Part shown: in pieces, positions 39,064-50,585 of the stretch
How the letters are laid out: each line of letters begins with the position of its first letter
How positions within the stretch are numbered: position 1 is the stretch's first letter
Assembly: GCA_028534125.1 (NCBI GenBank)
Contig: CM052816.1
Location: 68,016,001 to 68,080,000, forward strand
DNA from: Lama glama
Taxonomy: Eukaryota
Direction of reading: 5' to 3'
Length of the DNA: 64,000 bases
Notes under the pieces: generated by a model
Told to the model about the DNA's origin: nothing
What the model saw: only the letters and a program-made list of their open reading frames with translations
Database searches by the model: none
Program-made: the position numbers and the translations under genes

Positions 39064-39270
39064 GCAAAAATTTGCAAACTTTTTCTTACAGGGTCAAATA
39101 GCATAATTTTAGGCTTGTGGGCCAATTGATCTACATCATAATTATTCACCTTTGCTGTTGTGATGCAAAAGAGCATAGCCAGTGGTCTCTGGGTGAGGCT
39201 GTGTTCTAATAAAACTTTACTTGTAAAACCAGGCAGCTGTTTGCAGGCCTACAGTTTGCCAGTTCCTAGG
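39064..39270. mobile_element. MER58A-like hAT-Charlie MITE
   Basis: 'gcaaactttttcttacagggtcaaatag...attttaggcttgtgggcc...ggctgtgttctaataaaactttac...cagtttgcc'. Confidence 0.8.
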
Positions 39271-39733
39271 TTACAGTATAATCCATTTGATGCTTGCATC
39301 TGGTATGTTGCTGTCAGCTGAAAGTAAGGCAAAACCAAACTAAAGATAGCCTAAAAGTCACATTAATCTCACAGAAGAAGATTATCTCATGTAAGAAGTC
39401 TCACCATAGGGAAGTCCCAGGGCTGGTTAATCAAAGCTGTTTGATGATGTTAGGCCCAAGGCCCAAGTTTGTTCTATCTTTCTGCTCTCCCATCCTTGCC
39501 TCTTTGGCTTATTCTCAGGCTGACATGCCTCATAGTCACAAGATGGCTGCCCACAGTTCTAATGTTACATGTAGATACAACAACGTTCAGCAGAAGAAAT
39601 AAGACTTCTTTTCCCTGCACGTCTTTCTTTTAAAGAGCAACATTTTTCCGAAAAGAACTTTCCATTCCATAGACGATATCTGATTGACCAGAACTGGGAC
39701 ACAACATTTCAAGAAAGATTTGAACTAGGTCAC

Positions 39734-40278
39734 TGTTTTAGTTGTCTACAGCTGCTATGACATCAAACTTGGTGACACAAAACAATGGAAATTTATTCTG
39801 TCAGAGTTCTGGAGACAAGAAATCCAAGATCAGTATCACCACTGGGTCAAAATTAAGGTGTCAATAGGGCCGTGCTCCCTCTGGGGGGGTTCTAGAGGAG
39901 AATCTTCAAATCTCTCTCTGCTCCATTTTCATATTACCTTCTCTTCTGTGTGAAATCTCCCTTGCCTCTTTCTCTCTCTCTCTTTTTTAATATGGAACAC
40001 TTCACAAATTTGCACATCATCTTTATGCAGGGACCTTGATAATCTTCTGTGTATTGTTCCAATTTTAGTATATGTGCTGCAGAATCAAGCACTGCCTCTC
40101 TCTTATAAGGACACCTGTGGTGGCATTTAGGGCCCAGCCAGATAATTCAGCATAATCTACTCATCAAAAGATCTTTAACTTAATCACATTTGGAAAGAGC
40201 CATTTTCCAAATAAGTAACATTTACTGGTCCAGGGATTAGGACCTTAACTTTGGAGGCCATTGTTCAACCTGCTACCA
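39734..40278 (-). mobile_element. MLT1C-like MaLR LTR (hosts the U6 retrocopy)
   Basis: 'aaatttattctgtcagagttctggag...aaatctccct...tctcttataaggacac...agatctttaacttaatcacat...ggccattgttcaacctgctacca'. Confidence 0.85.
39983..40092 (-). pseudogene. RNU6 pseudogene: Full-length U6 snRNA processed pseudogene with short poly-A
   Basis: Reverse complement gtgcttgattctgcagcacatatactaaaattggaacaatacacagaagattatcaaggtccctgcataaagatgatgtgcaaatttgtgaagtgttccatatt+aaaaaa aligns end to end with U6; many CpG-decay changes; ACAGAGA box mutated to ACACAGA. Confidence 0.95.
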
Positions 40279-41209
40279 TCATGGAGAACTTTGTCAAAGG
40301 AAAAGACTGACATTTTCTAACATGATGGAGAGCCATTAAATTAATTACTGGCGAGAGGGAACTACCATGATTATTTTATGTTAATCAAGATTTACTTAAG
40401 TCTAATAAGGGGGGTATGGGCCTAAAAACATCAAGATTCAGCAGGCAGGGAAAATCCTGAATATGACTGTTAGGCAAATATCAGTAACTGCTATAGCATA
40501 CTCGTATGCAACTATTGTATTTAGCAGGAGTTTACAATGACTTAAGAAAGAAATTTTTATAAAGTTAGGTAGGAAAAAACTTATTTATAGTGCGGTCACA
40601 ACACAAAGAGTAAAATACTCTTATGCATAGAAAAGATTGAGACAATATACTAAAAAGTTGCTAGTTGTTTTCTGGAACTGGTAAAAATTTGGGTAATTGA
40701 CCTTTTTTCTCTCTAGTTTTGTATTTTCCAAAATTTTTATAAAAAGTATATATATATTGCTTAAATTAAAAATAAATCAATTGTATTATATTGTTAGATA
40801 ATACTGGAGTTCTTTTTAAAAGATAATGTCAGTTTATTTTGTATCATTTCACTTAATTTCTCTATCTCATTTAGTTTACTTTATCATGAAATGACACAGG
40901 ATAGCCACGATTCCACCCAAGAAAATTCTTCTGCTTTCAAGAAGACCTAGACCCCTTACCTTGTCTCTGGAGTTATCTTTCTGAAACACAGGTTGTTTCA
41001 GATCCACCATGCTTCTCATCAAAAAATTTAATGTCTTTCTGTTGCTTTAGAAAATGTCTTGTCTTTCCTTTTTTTTTTTTTTTAACTCAGAGTTCTCCAC
41101 TGCCTAGCCCAATTTCTTAAGTCCCTAACACCAGATGCCTGCACCATTCAATCATATACTTCTTGCCATCCATGCCTTTCTGTGCTCTTCCTGAAGATGA
41201 TCTCTAACT

Positions 41210-41400
41210 CAAAGAGTTCTCACTGTGCTCCCAGGTGGTGAGGCTGCTCAGCTTCACCAGGGAGCTCATTAGAAATGCAAATTCTCAGGCCCCACCCTAG
41301 ACGTACTGAATCAAAAGCTCTGGGGGTGAGCCTACTGGATGCATGTCTTAACAAACCCTCCAGGTAGTTTCAATATATTCTTGAGTTTGAGAAACTCCAG
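41210..41400. mobile_element. MER5A hAT-Charlie MITE
   Basis: 'ttagaaatgcaaattctcaggccccaccctagacgtactgaatcaaaagctctgggggtg...ttaacaaaccctccaggt...agtttgagaa'. Confidence 0.88.
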
Positions 41401-41692
41401 GTTAGCTCTCTTTGTCCTACTTCTTTTTATTATTGCATTCTTACATCTGTGGCAATCAACATTGCTAGAATAACCACTGGATTATTCTTCCTAGAGAATT
41501 AATTTATAAATCAGTTTTACAGGTATGTATTATGCTAGCAGTTGGCCTTCCAAATGAATAACATACCTATATTCCCATGATTTTCTTGCTGTATCAGTCA
41601 TTTTTTCCTTTAGGTGCATTTTTCTTGTCCTGTTTTTATGTATTTTATGCACATCAGTCAGTAAACTCAGGCAGGAATGAACAACTTTTCTT

Positions 41693-41905
41693 TTTTTTTT
41701 AAGACCTTTATGGTGGTATAATTACTGTACAGTAAACTACACATATTTCAAATATATAATCTGATGAATTTTGATAGATGTATACACCAATGTAACCACC
41801 ACCACAATCAACGTAGCTAACATTTCCATCATTCCCCAGGAAGTGTAAATTTCAAATTCCCAATTTATGCCTTCCCACCCCCTTTACCCCTGGTAACCAT
41901 AATTT
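41693..41905 (-). mobile_element. L1MB-type 3' end with perfect 15-bp TSD
   Basis: Poly-T, then 'aaactacacatatttcaa...ttttgatagatgtatacacc...accaccacaatcaa'; TSD tgaacaacttttctt at 41678-41692 and 41906-41920. Confidence 0.88.
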
Positions 41906-42364
41906 TGAACAACTTTTCTTAATGTTCCTCTGGATCACTTATTCTAAAATCCCTGAATGCCTTGCTTTGAGCCAGATGTTGTCTATGATTCAAAGCCATT
42001 CCTTCAGCTGTGGTCCACTGAGTAGGATTGGTAACACATGACTGCCCCTCTCTTTCCCTTCTTCAGCTAAACCAAAAACATATCCAGAAGAATCATGGCC
42101 AGTTGTGTCTAAAGGCCCAAAGGAGCGCCCCCTCACCCCCACCAACTTTACTTATAATTTTATAACCTTGGGCAGATTATCTTTCCCCAGAGTCTTACAT
42201 TCATCATTAGCAAAAGTAGAAATGGTAAGAGTTTTTTCGCATTGTATACATGGACTCTCATGCACTGGAATTTATGAGCTTCTACAGAGCTCCGTGGCAA
42301 GGGAGGGCTCAGGCCCTACTTTTTTCTCCCCTGCCATCTGAAGAAAGAGTGTTCCAAACTCTGA

Positions 42365-42540
42365 TCAACACCTAACCCAACCCCATGCCTGGCACATAGT
42401 AAGGGCCTAATAAATAATTGTTGGCTAAATGGAAGAAACGATGGAAGAACAGAAGGATAGAAGGAAGAAATGGCGAGAGAGAGACAGAGAGAGAGAAGTG
42501 AATGAGAGAGGAAGGGAGGGACGGCAGGAGGGAAATGGCG
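42365..42540 (+). mobile_element. L2 3' end with GA-rich tail
   Basis: 'tgcctggcacatagtaagggcctaataaataattgttggctaaatgga' followed by a purine-rich tract. Confidence 0.7.
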
Positions 42541-42624
42541 AAGTGTAGATCAGACACAGCTCCTGATAGGGGGAAATGCTTAAGGAAACAGGTAGAATTG
42601 GAACTCTAATCCCTAACCTGTGCC

Positions 42625-42648
42625 AGACAGATAGGTAGGTAGGTAGAT

Positions 42649-42697
<49 letters not shown>
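42625..42697. repeat. Compound (TAGG)n(GATA)n tetranucleotide STR
   Basis: agacagataggtaggtaggtagatagaaa(gata)n. Confidence 0.95.
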
Positions 42698-43693
42698 CTC
42701 TCTAACAGTAAATTAATGATTCTGTTTGGTTCCCTCCCTGGAAGATGTCAGCAAAGGTGCAAAGGGTGAGGTCCGTCTGAGAGTCTGAGAAAAGGGCTTT
42801 GTGAATTGTAAAGTAGAATGCAGATGGTGATTAACTAAGGCATCACAACTAAGGGCAAGTCTCCTGAGTGGTCCCAGGAGAGACTGTTTTGCCTTCTTTT
42901 TGTCATTTGTGTTCTCAAAATTGTCCCTGCTTAGACCAAATCAACCTCAAATGATTTATGAATAAAATTTCCACTCTGAAAATCTGAGCAACTTAGGAAT
43001 TGTAAGAACTGGACCATCTGGAGATAATTAATAAATAACACTCGTCTTTCTTCCCAAAGAGCCCTCTGTCCTGTCAGTAGGACTGCTGCCAAAGCCCAAA
43101 CTGCTAAATTGGGCCGGCGACGCTGAAGTCACTGATGGGAGCTTCTTATCTCTGATTCTTCTAAGAATTTGGGACACTTTATTGAAACATTTGTTTTTCC
43201 TCATGTAAAATGTAGGCTAAAAAGTTATTAGCTGTCTTTAGATTGGGAAAGGCTTTCAGGATTTTAATGCATGTGATTCACTCAGCTTTTACTTAGTCAA
43301 CTGCTAAAATAGTTGAAACTCAAATCAAATACTAAGCAGAACCCAAAATATCCTGGATACATAGTAAGGTTTGGGGGCATTAAAAAAATGTCTGAATCCT
43401 CTACTCCTTTTCTAACTGAATACTGTTGATATGAAAAAGAGCCATTAATACCATCTTTTCCCCTGTTTCTTTCAGGTCAGTCCTATTCAGCACAACCTTA
43501 GCCCATGTTTGTGTGTGTCTCTAAAGTGCCAGTCCAGGTATATTTAACTGGACAGTGGAGCTTTGTGGGGCCAAGGCAGACAAGACCATGCAGAGTTGAC
43601 CAGCCTGGGTAATGATTCCTGTTATCATGTCTGTTAGATTGTTATGTTGATTTTTTTTCCTTACATCTGCTGAGCTGAAGTGATCGAAATCAC

Positions 43694-44525
43694 TTATGAA
43701 AACAGTGGCCTTTTATTGGTTCCCAAATTATAAAATCTGTTACAATATGAAACACATTTCGTGTCTCTCTTCACACCCTGGGATTATGACACATCGCATC
43801 AACTCTTATTACTGCTCAGGGAGAGGCAAAGCTTAAAAATGATCAGGTTCAAAGGAGAGCCCTGCAAGCCGTGATCTCTGTTTCTCTATTAGAATTCCAC
43901 CAGCCCTGACTCCCTTACCCAAAATGCACATATACAGCCCTTTCCTGTCCCTGGCTGGGGGTATTTGAGTTTATATGCTTGCAATTAACTCTGTAGACTG
44001 GAGGTCTTCACATGGCTTCTCAAGGATCTACTAATGGTAAATGATGAAATTGACTAGCTGGTGCAAGAGTCACATTGAACTCCTTGCACTTAAAGAAGTT
44101 TATAAAGCAGGGCTTTTCTGGAGTTGAGGTGAAAACTTTTTCATTTGGGAAATATATAGCATAATACACAGAACTGTGCTATTTTAAACACAATGGGCAT
44201 GGTGTGCATGTTGAGACAGAACACATCCCCATTTCTGAGAACATCCCTCAGCTTGGAAAGCATCGGAAAAGGCAGCTTCATAAAGGGATTCTGCTCTGTT
44301 TCTCTCTGGATCCCGCAGAGCTTTTCTTTGTGTGGCCTCCACCCATTCCATTTTATTTTCCTTACGTTTCATAGCATTGGTTTTCTAACACAGATGAAGA
44401 GAATTCCTGGGGATGTGTCTCAGCATTTCTAGAAGGAAATGTATGTATACTTTGAAAAAAATGTATTTCATATTATAACGGAATTTTATAATTTGGGAAC
44501 CAGTAAAAGGCCACTGTTTTCATAA
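43694..44525. repeat. Long inverted repeat: arms 43694-43759 and 44459-44525, about 700-bp spacer
   Basis: Left ttatgaaaacagtggccttttattggttcccaaattataaaatctgttacaatatgaaacacattt; reverse complement of right ttatgaaaacagtggccttttactggttcccaaattataaaattccgttataatatgaaatacattt (4 transitions and 1 indel). Confidence 0.95.
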
Positions 44526-47119
44526 TATAAGCCAAGTTAAGTTTGAGAAATTCTCTTTGCTGGAGGGAATCCGTATCATGAGTTTTCAAAGGGGACACCT
44601 GTTGGGGGTGGGATCTTGTCTCCCTAGATGGGTCATGTCAAGATCTTTTTGGGTGGTTGGGCATAACATTTTGCTTATAAAATAGGAAAAGAAAAAATTT
44701 TTTTAAGGTTCAAAACAATCCTGGGCAAAAGTAATAACAAGTAACACCTGTATCTCTCCTTTAGGACCAAACTTCAGGTGACAGAGCTGAGACAGGAATG
44801 CCCCTGCCAAGGTAGGAGCCGTACATTCAGGGCCTGTTGTCCAGGATCAGGAAGAGAAAGGTAAGTGTTGTGTGTGGAAACAGCTGTGGCTTCAACAACA
44901 CAAGCTTTGCCTTCATTGCATGAACACAGTTGCTCTAAGAAAATGGAAAGAGAAAGAGGACTGAGGGCAGTGAATCAAGCAAGGGGCCTCAGAATGGGGG
45001 TCCCAAGATGTGCAGAGCTGGTAGCCATGAGGATGCAATAGCTTCCTCAAGAAACAGTTGTGAAGCATGTGGGGAGGAAGAGGGATAGAGGCTTCTTCCT
45101 AATTTTTACTGATGGTGCTCTTGGCAAGAGGTAGGGGCAGAGGCCCCACCTGTGCAAGCAAACAGCCGAGTTCCTGCCTGAACTCTTAGCAGGGTGGCAG
45201 GTCTCTGTAGATGACTTCATGGTGTCATTTCTTCAGGGCCTTCTGAACCCATCCAGGTGCATTAGTCCCATAGTCTCCAAGATGAATGGCTCTGGGGAAC
45301 AAAAACAGTGAATTGTCTAAGAGGGGTGATGCAGGGGACAGTATCAGAGTAATAAGTGAGTTTTAACAGTGAAAAGAAAAGAAAGCCCAGTGAGCGCCAA
45401 ATGCCACAACAATCACCATGTCCCACAGCTGTACATGGCATAAGTGAGGGGCACAAATTTGTGGAAGAGCTGGAAGAGCCCTGTGTTGGTGAAAATATAG
45501 GACCTCCCTGTCATGCTAGGGAGGGATATCAAACAACACCAAGGGAGGCCAAGCTGCAGAATAGAAGGATGAGACCATTACGTCATGCTGGAGCCATCCT
45601 GAAGCCTTGTAAGAGAGAAGAGGTTTGGGGAATTGCAGTCCAGAGAATTCCCTGGTGGAAGCTCAGCTCTTAATACTCCTAGATGATGCTCTCCCAAGCT
45701 GTTGAACAGGAGGCCTCGAGATGGGACTAAGTAGATGGAATTGAAGGCAGGAACCACAGGGATCCTGAGATACTGGGGATGGGTTGACCAAGAAAAGACG
45801 TTACCCACTGGTAGGGAAGGGGTCTGATGAGAAGCATGTTCTTCAAAGATTTAAGGTATTGCTAATGTGGTGGAGGGAAATCAGAACTCTCCACTTTAAG
45901 GAAAACTTAGACATAAATTAGTAGAAATGCAAATAAATCTTTTGGAATTCTCTTCCCATCTTACTTGGGTATTGATAGTTAATGTAAGAATTGCTGTGAC
46001 CTCAACCAGTCTCCAAATCAAACCAGGGTGTCGCTGAGGCTCTGATTCCTTACCAGCAGACTTGATATGTTATCTAAAACAGCAACCAGGAGAGAAGGAC
46101 CCATGAAAATGCAGGCAGGAAGCACCTTCTTTAGTGTTCTGAAATATAAGGTAAAAAGTGACAACAGCCCAGAGAGGTGCTGTGACAGTGGGAGGAGCAA
46201 GAAGGAACAATTATCTGTGGCACAGTTCAGGTTAAAGTGCTAACCTATGTGAAAATGGAAGAACTTGGACAAAAAGAAGAGAGGATGTGGAGCACACATG
46301 GCATTTTACTGAGAATCCCAATAAATAGGCTCTTCCTTCACTCTCACTAACTAGCTTGGGATATTTGGGGAAGTAATATAATGTCCTTGAGACTTGGTTT
46401 CTTTCCACATCAAAAATGAGTGTTGAAGCTGGTGGTCCCTAGGATCTCCTCTCATCCTCTGTGAATCCAGGTCCTGGAGAGTTCACGTACTAGGACACTT
46501 TCTCCCAGATTTTCCAGAGTGAATACTGTTTCTCTGATACGGCCTCAGCCAATAACATGATCCTTCTCATTTCCAATTAGAAAATGCCTCTCCCATCCAT
46601 CCATTTTGCCTACCAAGAAACACAGTGCCACTAGTCTGGACTGCAGCACTGTTGCCCAACCAGGCAGGCCAGCCTGTCACTAAGGAGACCCAAACCCTGA
46701 CACTGAACCTGGCATCTCAGGGAAAGACTATTGAGCGTTTCACTTGGCTTTTGAGCCCAGTGATCAAGACAGAGTGTGCTGGGTTGACGTTAACTGTTAC
46801 ACGATTCTTTTCATTAGAGTGCTTTCACTTTGGAGCCTGAGGAAAGTACACAGGTGCTAGAGTCTGGGCTCTGGGCCACTTGGGACTCCCCTAGGCCATG
46901 CCTGAGCTCATATTCCAAGCAGTGGTTGGGTTATTTTATTCTACCCACAGCGGTGGACTCAGCACCAGAATGGCTAGGGTGCATTTTATCTCCTTTGCCT
47001 CTTCTGGCACCCAGTTTTTGTTCATTCACTTACTCACTGAGTACCTACTGTGACTAAGACATTGTGTAGGATACCACAACGATTACAGTTTTGGTGTTCC
47101 TTCAAGGTTTTTTACTTGA

Positions 47120-47343
47120 TCTTATAACCACCACCCTGAGTGAGCTTGGAAGTGAATTCTTCTCTAGAGCCTGAAGATAAGAGCTCCTCCAGCCAACACT
47201 TTCATGTCTTGTGAGACCTAAGTGGAGAACTCAGCTAAGTCCACCCAGACTTCTAACCTGTAGAACTAGAAATAATAAATGAGTGTTGTTTTAAGCCACT
47301 ACGTTTGTGGTCATTTGTTATGTAACAACAGAATAATAATACA
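47120..47343 (+). mobile_element. MLT1D/E-like LTR 3' half
   Basis: 'gtgagcttggaagtgaattcttctctagagcct...cagccaacac...aataaatgagtgttgttttaagccactacgtttgtggtcatttgtta...aataca'. Confidence 0.85.
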
Positions 47344-47490
47344 ACAGCCATGCTCGTTTGTGTATACATCACTTATAACGACTTTCACACTACAACAGCA
47401 GAGCTGAGTAGTTACAACAGAGACCTCATAGTCTGCTACACCTGACATATTTACTATCCAGCCTTTGACAGAAAAAGTTTACTAATCTGT
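47344..47490. mobile_element. MER58-like MITE fragment
   Basis: 'acagccatgctc...actacaacagcagagctgagtagttacaacagagacc...atatttactatccagcctttgacagaaaaagtt'. Confidence 0.8.
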
Positions 47491-48175
47491 ACTTAACCAA
47501 AAACGTAATCTCAGCTCAGATGTATTTAGTGAGAGTTTAGTGCCTGACCCAAGACTTAGAAGAAGCAGGACTTACATCCAGGAACACTCAGCCAAACATT
47601 CCTTCATCAAACTGAAATAGGCCAAAAAACTAGTAGATACCAGGCTGTCCTGCAGACCCATTCTCCATTCCAGTTTTTAAAAGACTGATGGGAGAGAGAG
47701 AGTGTTAATATGTTCAGAGAAAAAAATTAGAGTGTTATGTACCATATGCATATTGGAGGTTGTCATTTTCCACATTATGAATCTTTATATTAGCTAAATT
47801 TTATGTAATAAATTTGTATTAAATTGATAATAATTATAGCCATACGATTTTTAAAGGGTACTTTGTGGCCCACTATGTGTTTCTTAGTGCAGTGCCCTGG
47901 AAAAGAGAATATATGAAGACTGTTGTTTTGTGATCAGAATTTTGAATTCACTCCACTGGTCCTTGACTTTTCCTCCCTTTAAGGTGTCCCTTCTACCTTC
48001 ACAATGGGGCAAGTCATGTCCATGCATTTCTTCATTCACTATTGTCACCATCTTAGAGTTATAATACCCTCAGCACACGCACACACAGATGAAAAGATTT
48101 GGCATGGTATGTATTTAGCTAAACTGAGTTGAAATTCATATGATCCTGAGGATTAGAAGAAGGAGTGGAAGCAAG

Positions 48176-48645
48176 TGTATTGATGTCCTCAGGCTGCCGT
48201 AACAAATTAACCACAAACTGGGTGGCATAAAACAACAGATTTATTTTCTCACAGTTTTGGAGTCCAGAAGACTGAAATCAGGGTGTTTTCAGAGTTGGCT
48301 CCATGGAGGGTCTGAGGGAAAATCCATTCCTGCCTCTCTCTTAGCTTCTAATGGCTGCCAGCAATCCTCGGAGTTCCGTTGACTTGTAGCTGAATAACTC
48401 CAGTCTCCACCTCCATCTTCACATGGTCTTCCTCTTCCTGAGTCTGTGTCTCAAATCTCCCTCTGCCTTTCTCTTTTAAGGATGCCTGTCATTGGATTTA
48501 GGCCTACCCTAAATCCAGGATGATCTCATCTTGAGATCCTTAGTTGTATCTGCAAAGACCCATTTGCCAAATAAGGTCACAACCACAGGTCTGACGGTTA
48601 AGATTTGGGTATATCTTTCTGGAGGCTGCAGTCCAACTCACTGCA
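48176..48645 (-). mobile_element. Full-length MLT1C/D-like solo LTR
   Basis: tgta...tgca ends; 'gctgccgtaacaaatt...ccacaaactgggtggcataaaacaacaga...tccaggatgatctcatcttgagatcct...ccaaataaggtcaca'. Confidence 0.88.
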
Positions 48646-50404
48646 GAAAATATTTGGCATGTTCCTGTAGCTGTTAGAAAAAACTTTTTCTCAGTCTCCT
48701 AACTAGCAATTGAAATCAACAAAACTGTCCTCAATTGTGGGAAGAATTGTTCTGCTTTTTCTCATGGGGCTTTATGAATATTCAGCTCCTCCCTCCATGA
48801 TCCTGTGAGTATAGATTGGACAGTCCCTCGATGGCAACACATGTGAGAGATGCCAAAACCTTTACCATTATCCTATGTGGGTACCTCTACCTTGTCTTGC
48901 CCTTTGCACCCATCTATTCAAAACCTAAGATAAGGCAACCTTAGGAGATATGTCAAAAGTCAGGGTCATTATCCTCAAGTGTTAAGTCCAGGATACAGCC
49001 CTGTGGAGTCTTTCTGTAGGTGGGAAATTTTGCTCTCTAGTAGAAGAGTATGGGTCTCTCTGGAAACAAGTCTATGCCACTTACTGTCCATTTGGCCTTG
49101 GGAAATCTGATGCTGTGATCTGGGTTCTCTCTCTGCAAAGAAGGCACAACAGTGCCTTGCTACCTTACTAGGGTGTTGTGTGAATTTGCTGACACCCATA
49201 AAGCTCCCTGAAAATGAAGAGGCTTACATAAGTCCCTGGTATTATTCACACAGCAAACGTTTCCCCCTGAGACTAAAGTAATAAATAGTACCATTGTGCA
49301 GCCAGTGGAGCGTGTTCAAAAGTTTCCGTTCACAACTAGTAGATCAAGTTGTGGGTGGCTGTATGGACTTTCTGTGCTCATGCCAAGCTGCCTCCAAAAC
49401 AGCGGCACAATGGTCGATCCTGGAATGAAAAGCTTGTACTGTACAAGACGGCCGAATCGTGGCATCACATCACATAGGACAGTCCTGTGTAGTGACTTCA
49501 TGTGCACCTTTCCTTACAGCAGAAAGGAACAATAGCAGACACAGTGGCCACAGGGATATTGAACATGGTAGCTATTGAGAAGCAACTATCTTCTTCCACC
49601 ACATTGATAAACTTCCCAAGCCTGTGGGTGCTCACAATTGGGAGCCAGAGGGAGGGGATTATAACTATAGCTCTTCTTTCTTTTTTTCTTTATGAATTCT
49701 TGGGCCAGGAACAGCTGGGGTTCTAAATCAGAGGTGTTCAGGTTAAGGATGTAGTCTCTTTAAATACAGTTCATCTGGGTGAGAGTATGTGGCAACAGTC
49801 TGGACAGAACACTGCTGGCTGGCACAGGAGATAAGAGAGGATCGCCTTTCCACCATTATAAGCTCTGGAAATACTCCAGGACATGATTCAGGGAAAACAC
49901 TTTCCTTCTTTTTGGGACTTTCAGCCTCTGGATGCCACATCTGAGATGACAGACATTTTAATTAAATGAGCAAGAAATTAGCTACTGAAGATATTGCATT
50001 TATTTTTTAAAAAGTAATCATGTTCAATTAGAGATATTTGGGGATTACACTAACAAACTTACTTGGATCAAAGTTATCCCTTTGGTAGTAAGTATTCTTA
50101 CATTATAAAGCTGAGGGGGAATCTCAGAATCATGGAATTTTTTTAGCTGTGAGTGGTCTATCTTGATATTAAATTATTTGATAACTTTTTAAATTCCATG
50201 GATAAGCTTGCATTTTTTTCCTCTTTCTGTTCAGTGGCAACAAAAGTAGAGAAGAAGATCTAAGTATTTAATCTTTGAAATTGTTTTAAATATTTAGATT
50301 TTAATACAAAGGCAATGGAGAAGTACTGTGCAACCCACAGGGTACATGGGATTCCCTCTGGCCTCTTACTCCCACATTCAGTCACATCCTGTTTCCAGAG
50401 AACC

Positions 50405-50585
50405 TTTCGTTCATTCATTCAGTGCCCATTTATTGAGCACCTACTATACACTAGAGAGTGTGCTAAGTGCTCGAGGTACAAAAAGATGATGGGCGCACAG
50501 CCACTTTTCTCATGGACCCCCTCACCTAGTGAGGAGCAAAATGACAGGTATCATAGTGGAATCAAGGTGAGAGCTGGAATAACTG
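50405..50585 (-). mobile_element. L2 3' end
   Basis: 'ttcattcattcag...atttattgagcacctactat'. Confidence 0.75.

Larger units (their letters stand above)
39290..40400 (-). mobile_element. Old MLT1 (K/L-like) LTR split by the MLT1C-like insertion
   Basis: 'cacaagatggctgcccacagttc' before 39734 and 'ggcgagagggaactaccatgatt...ttaatcaagattt' after 40278. Confidence 0.5.

Noticed and set aside
49261..49280. 'ccctgagac', resembling the miR-125 5' end
   Set aside because: Only the seed matches; the remainder and the precursor hairpin are absent.
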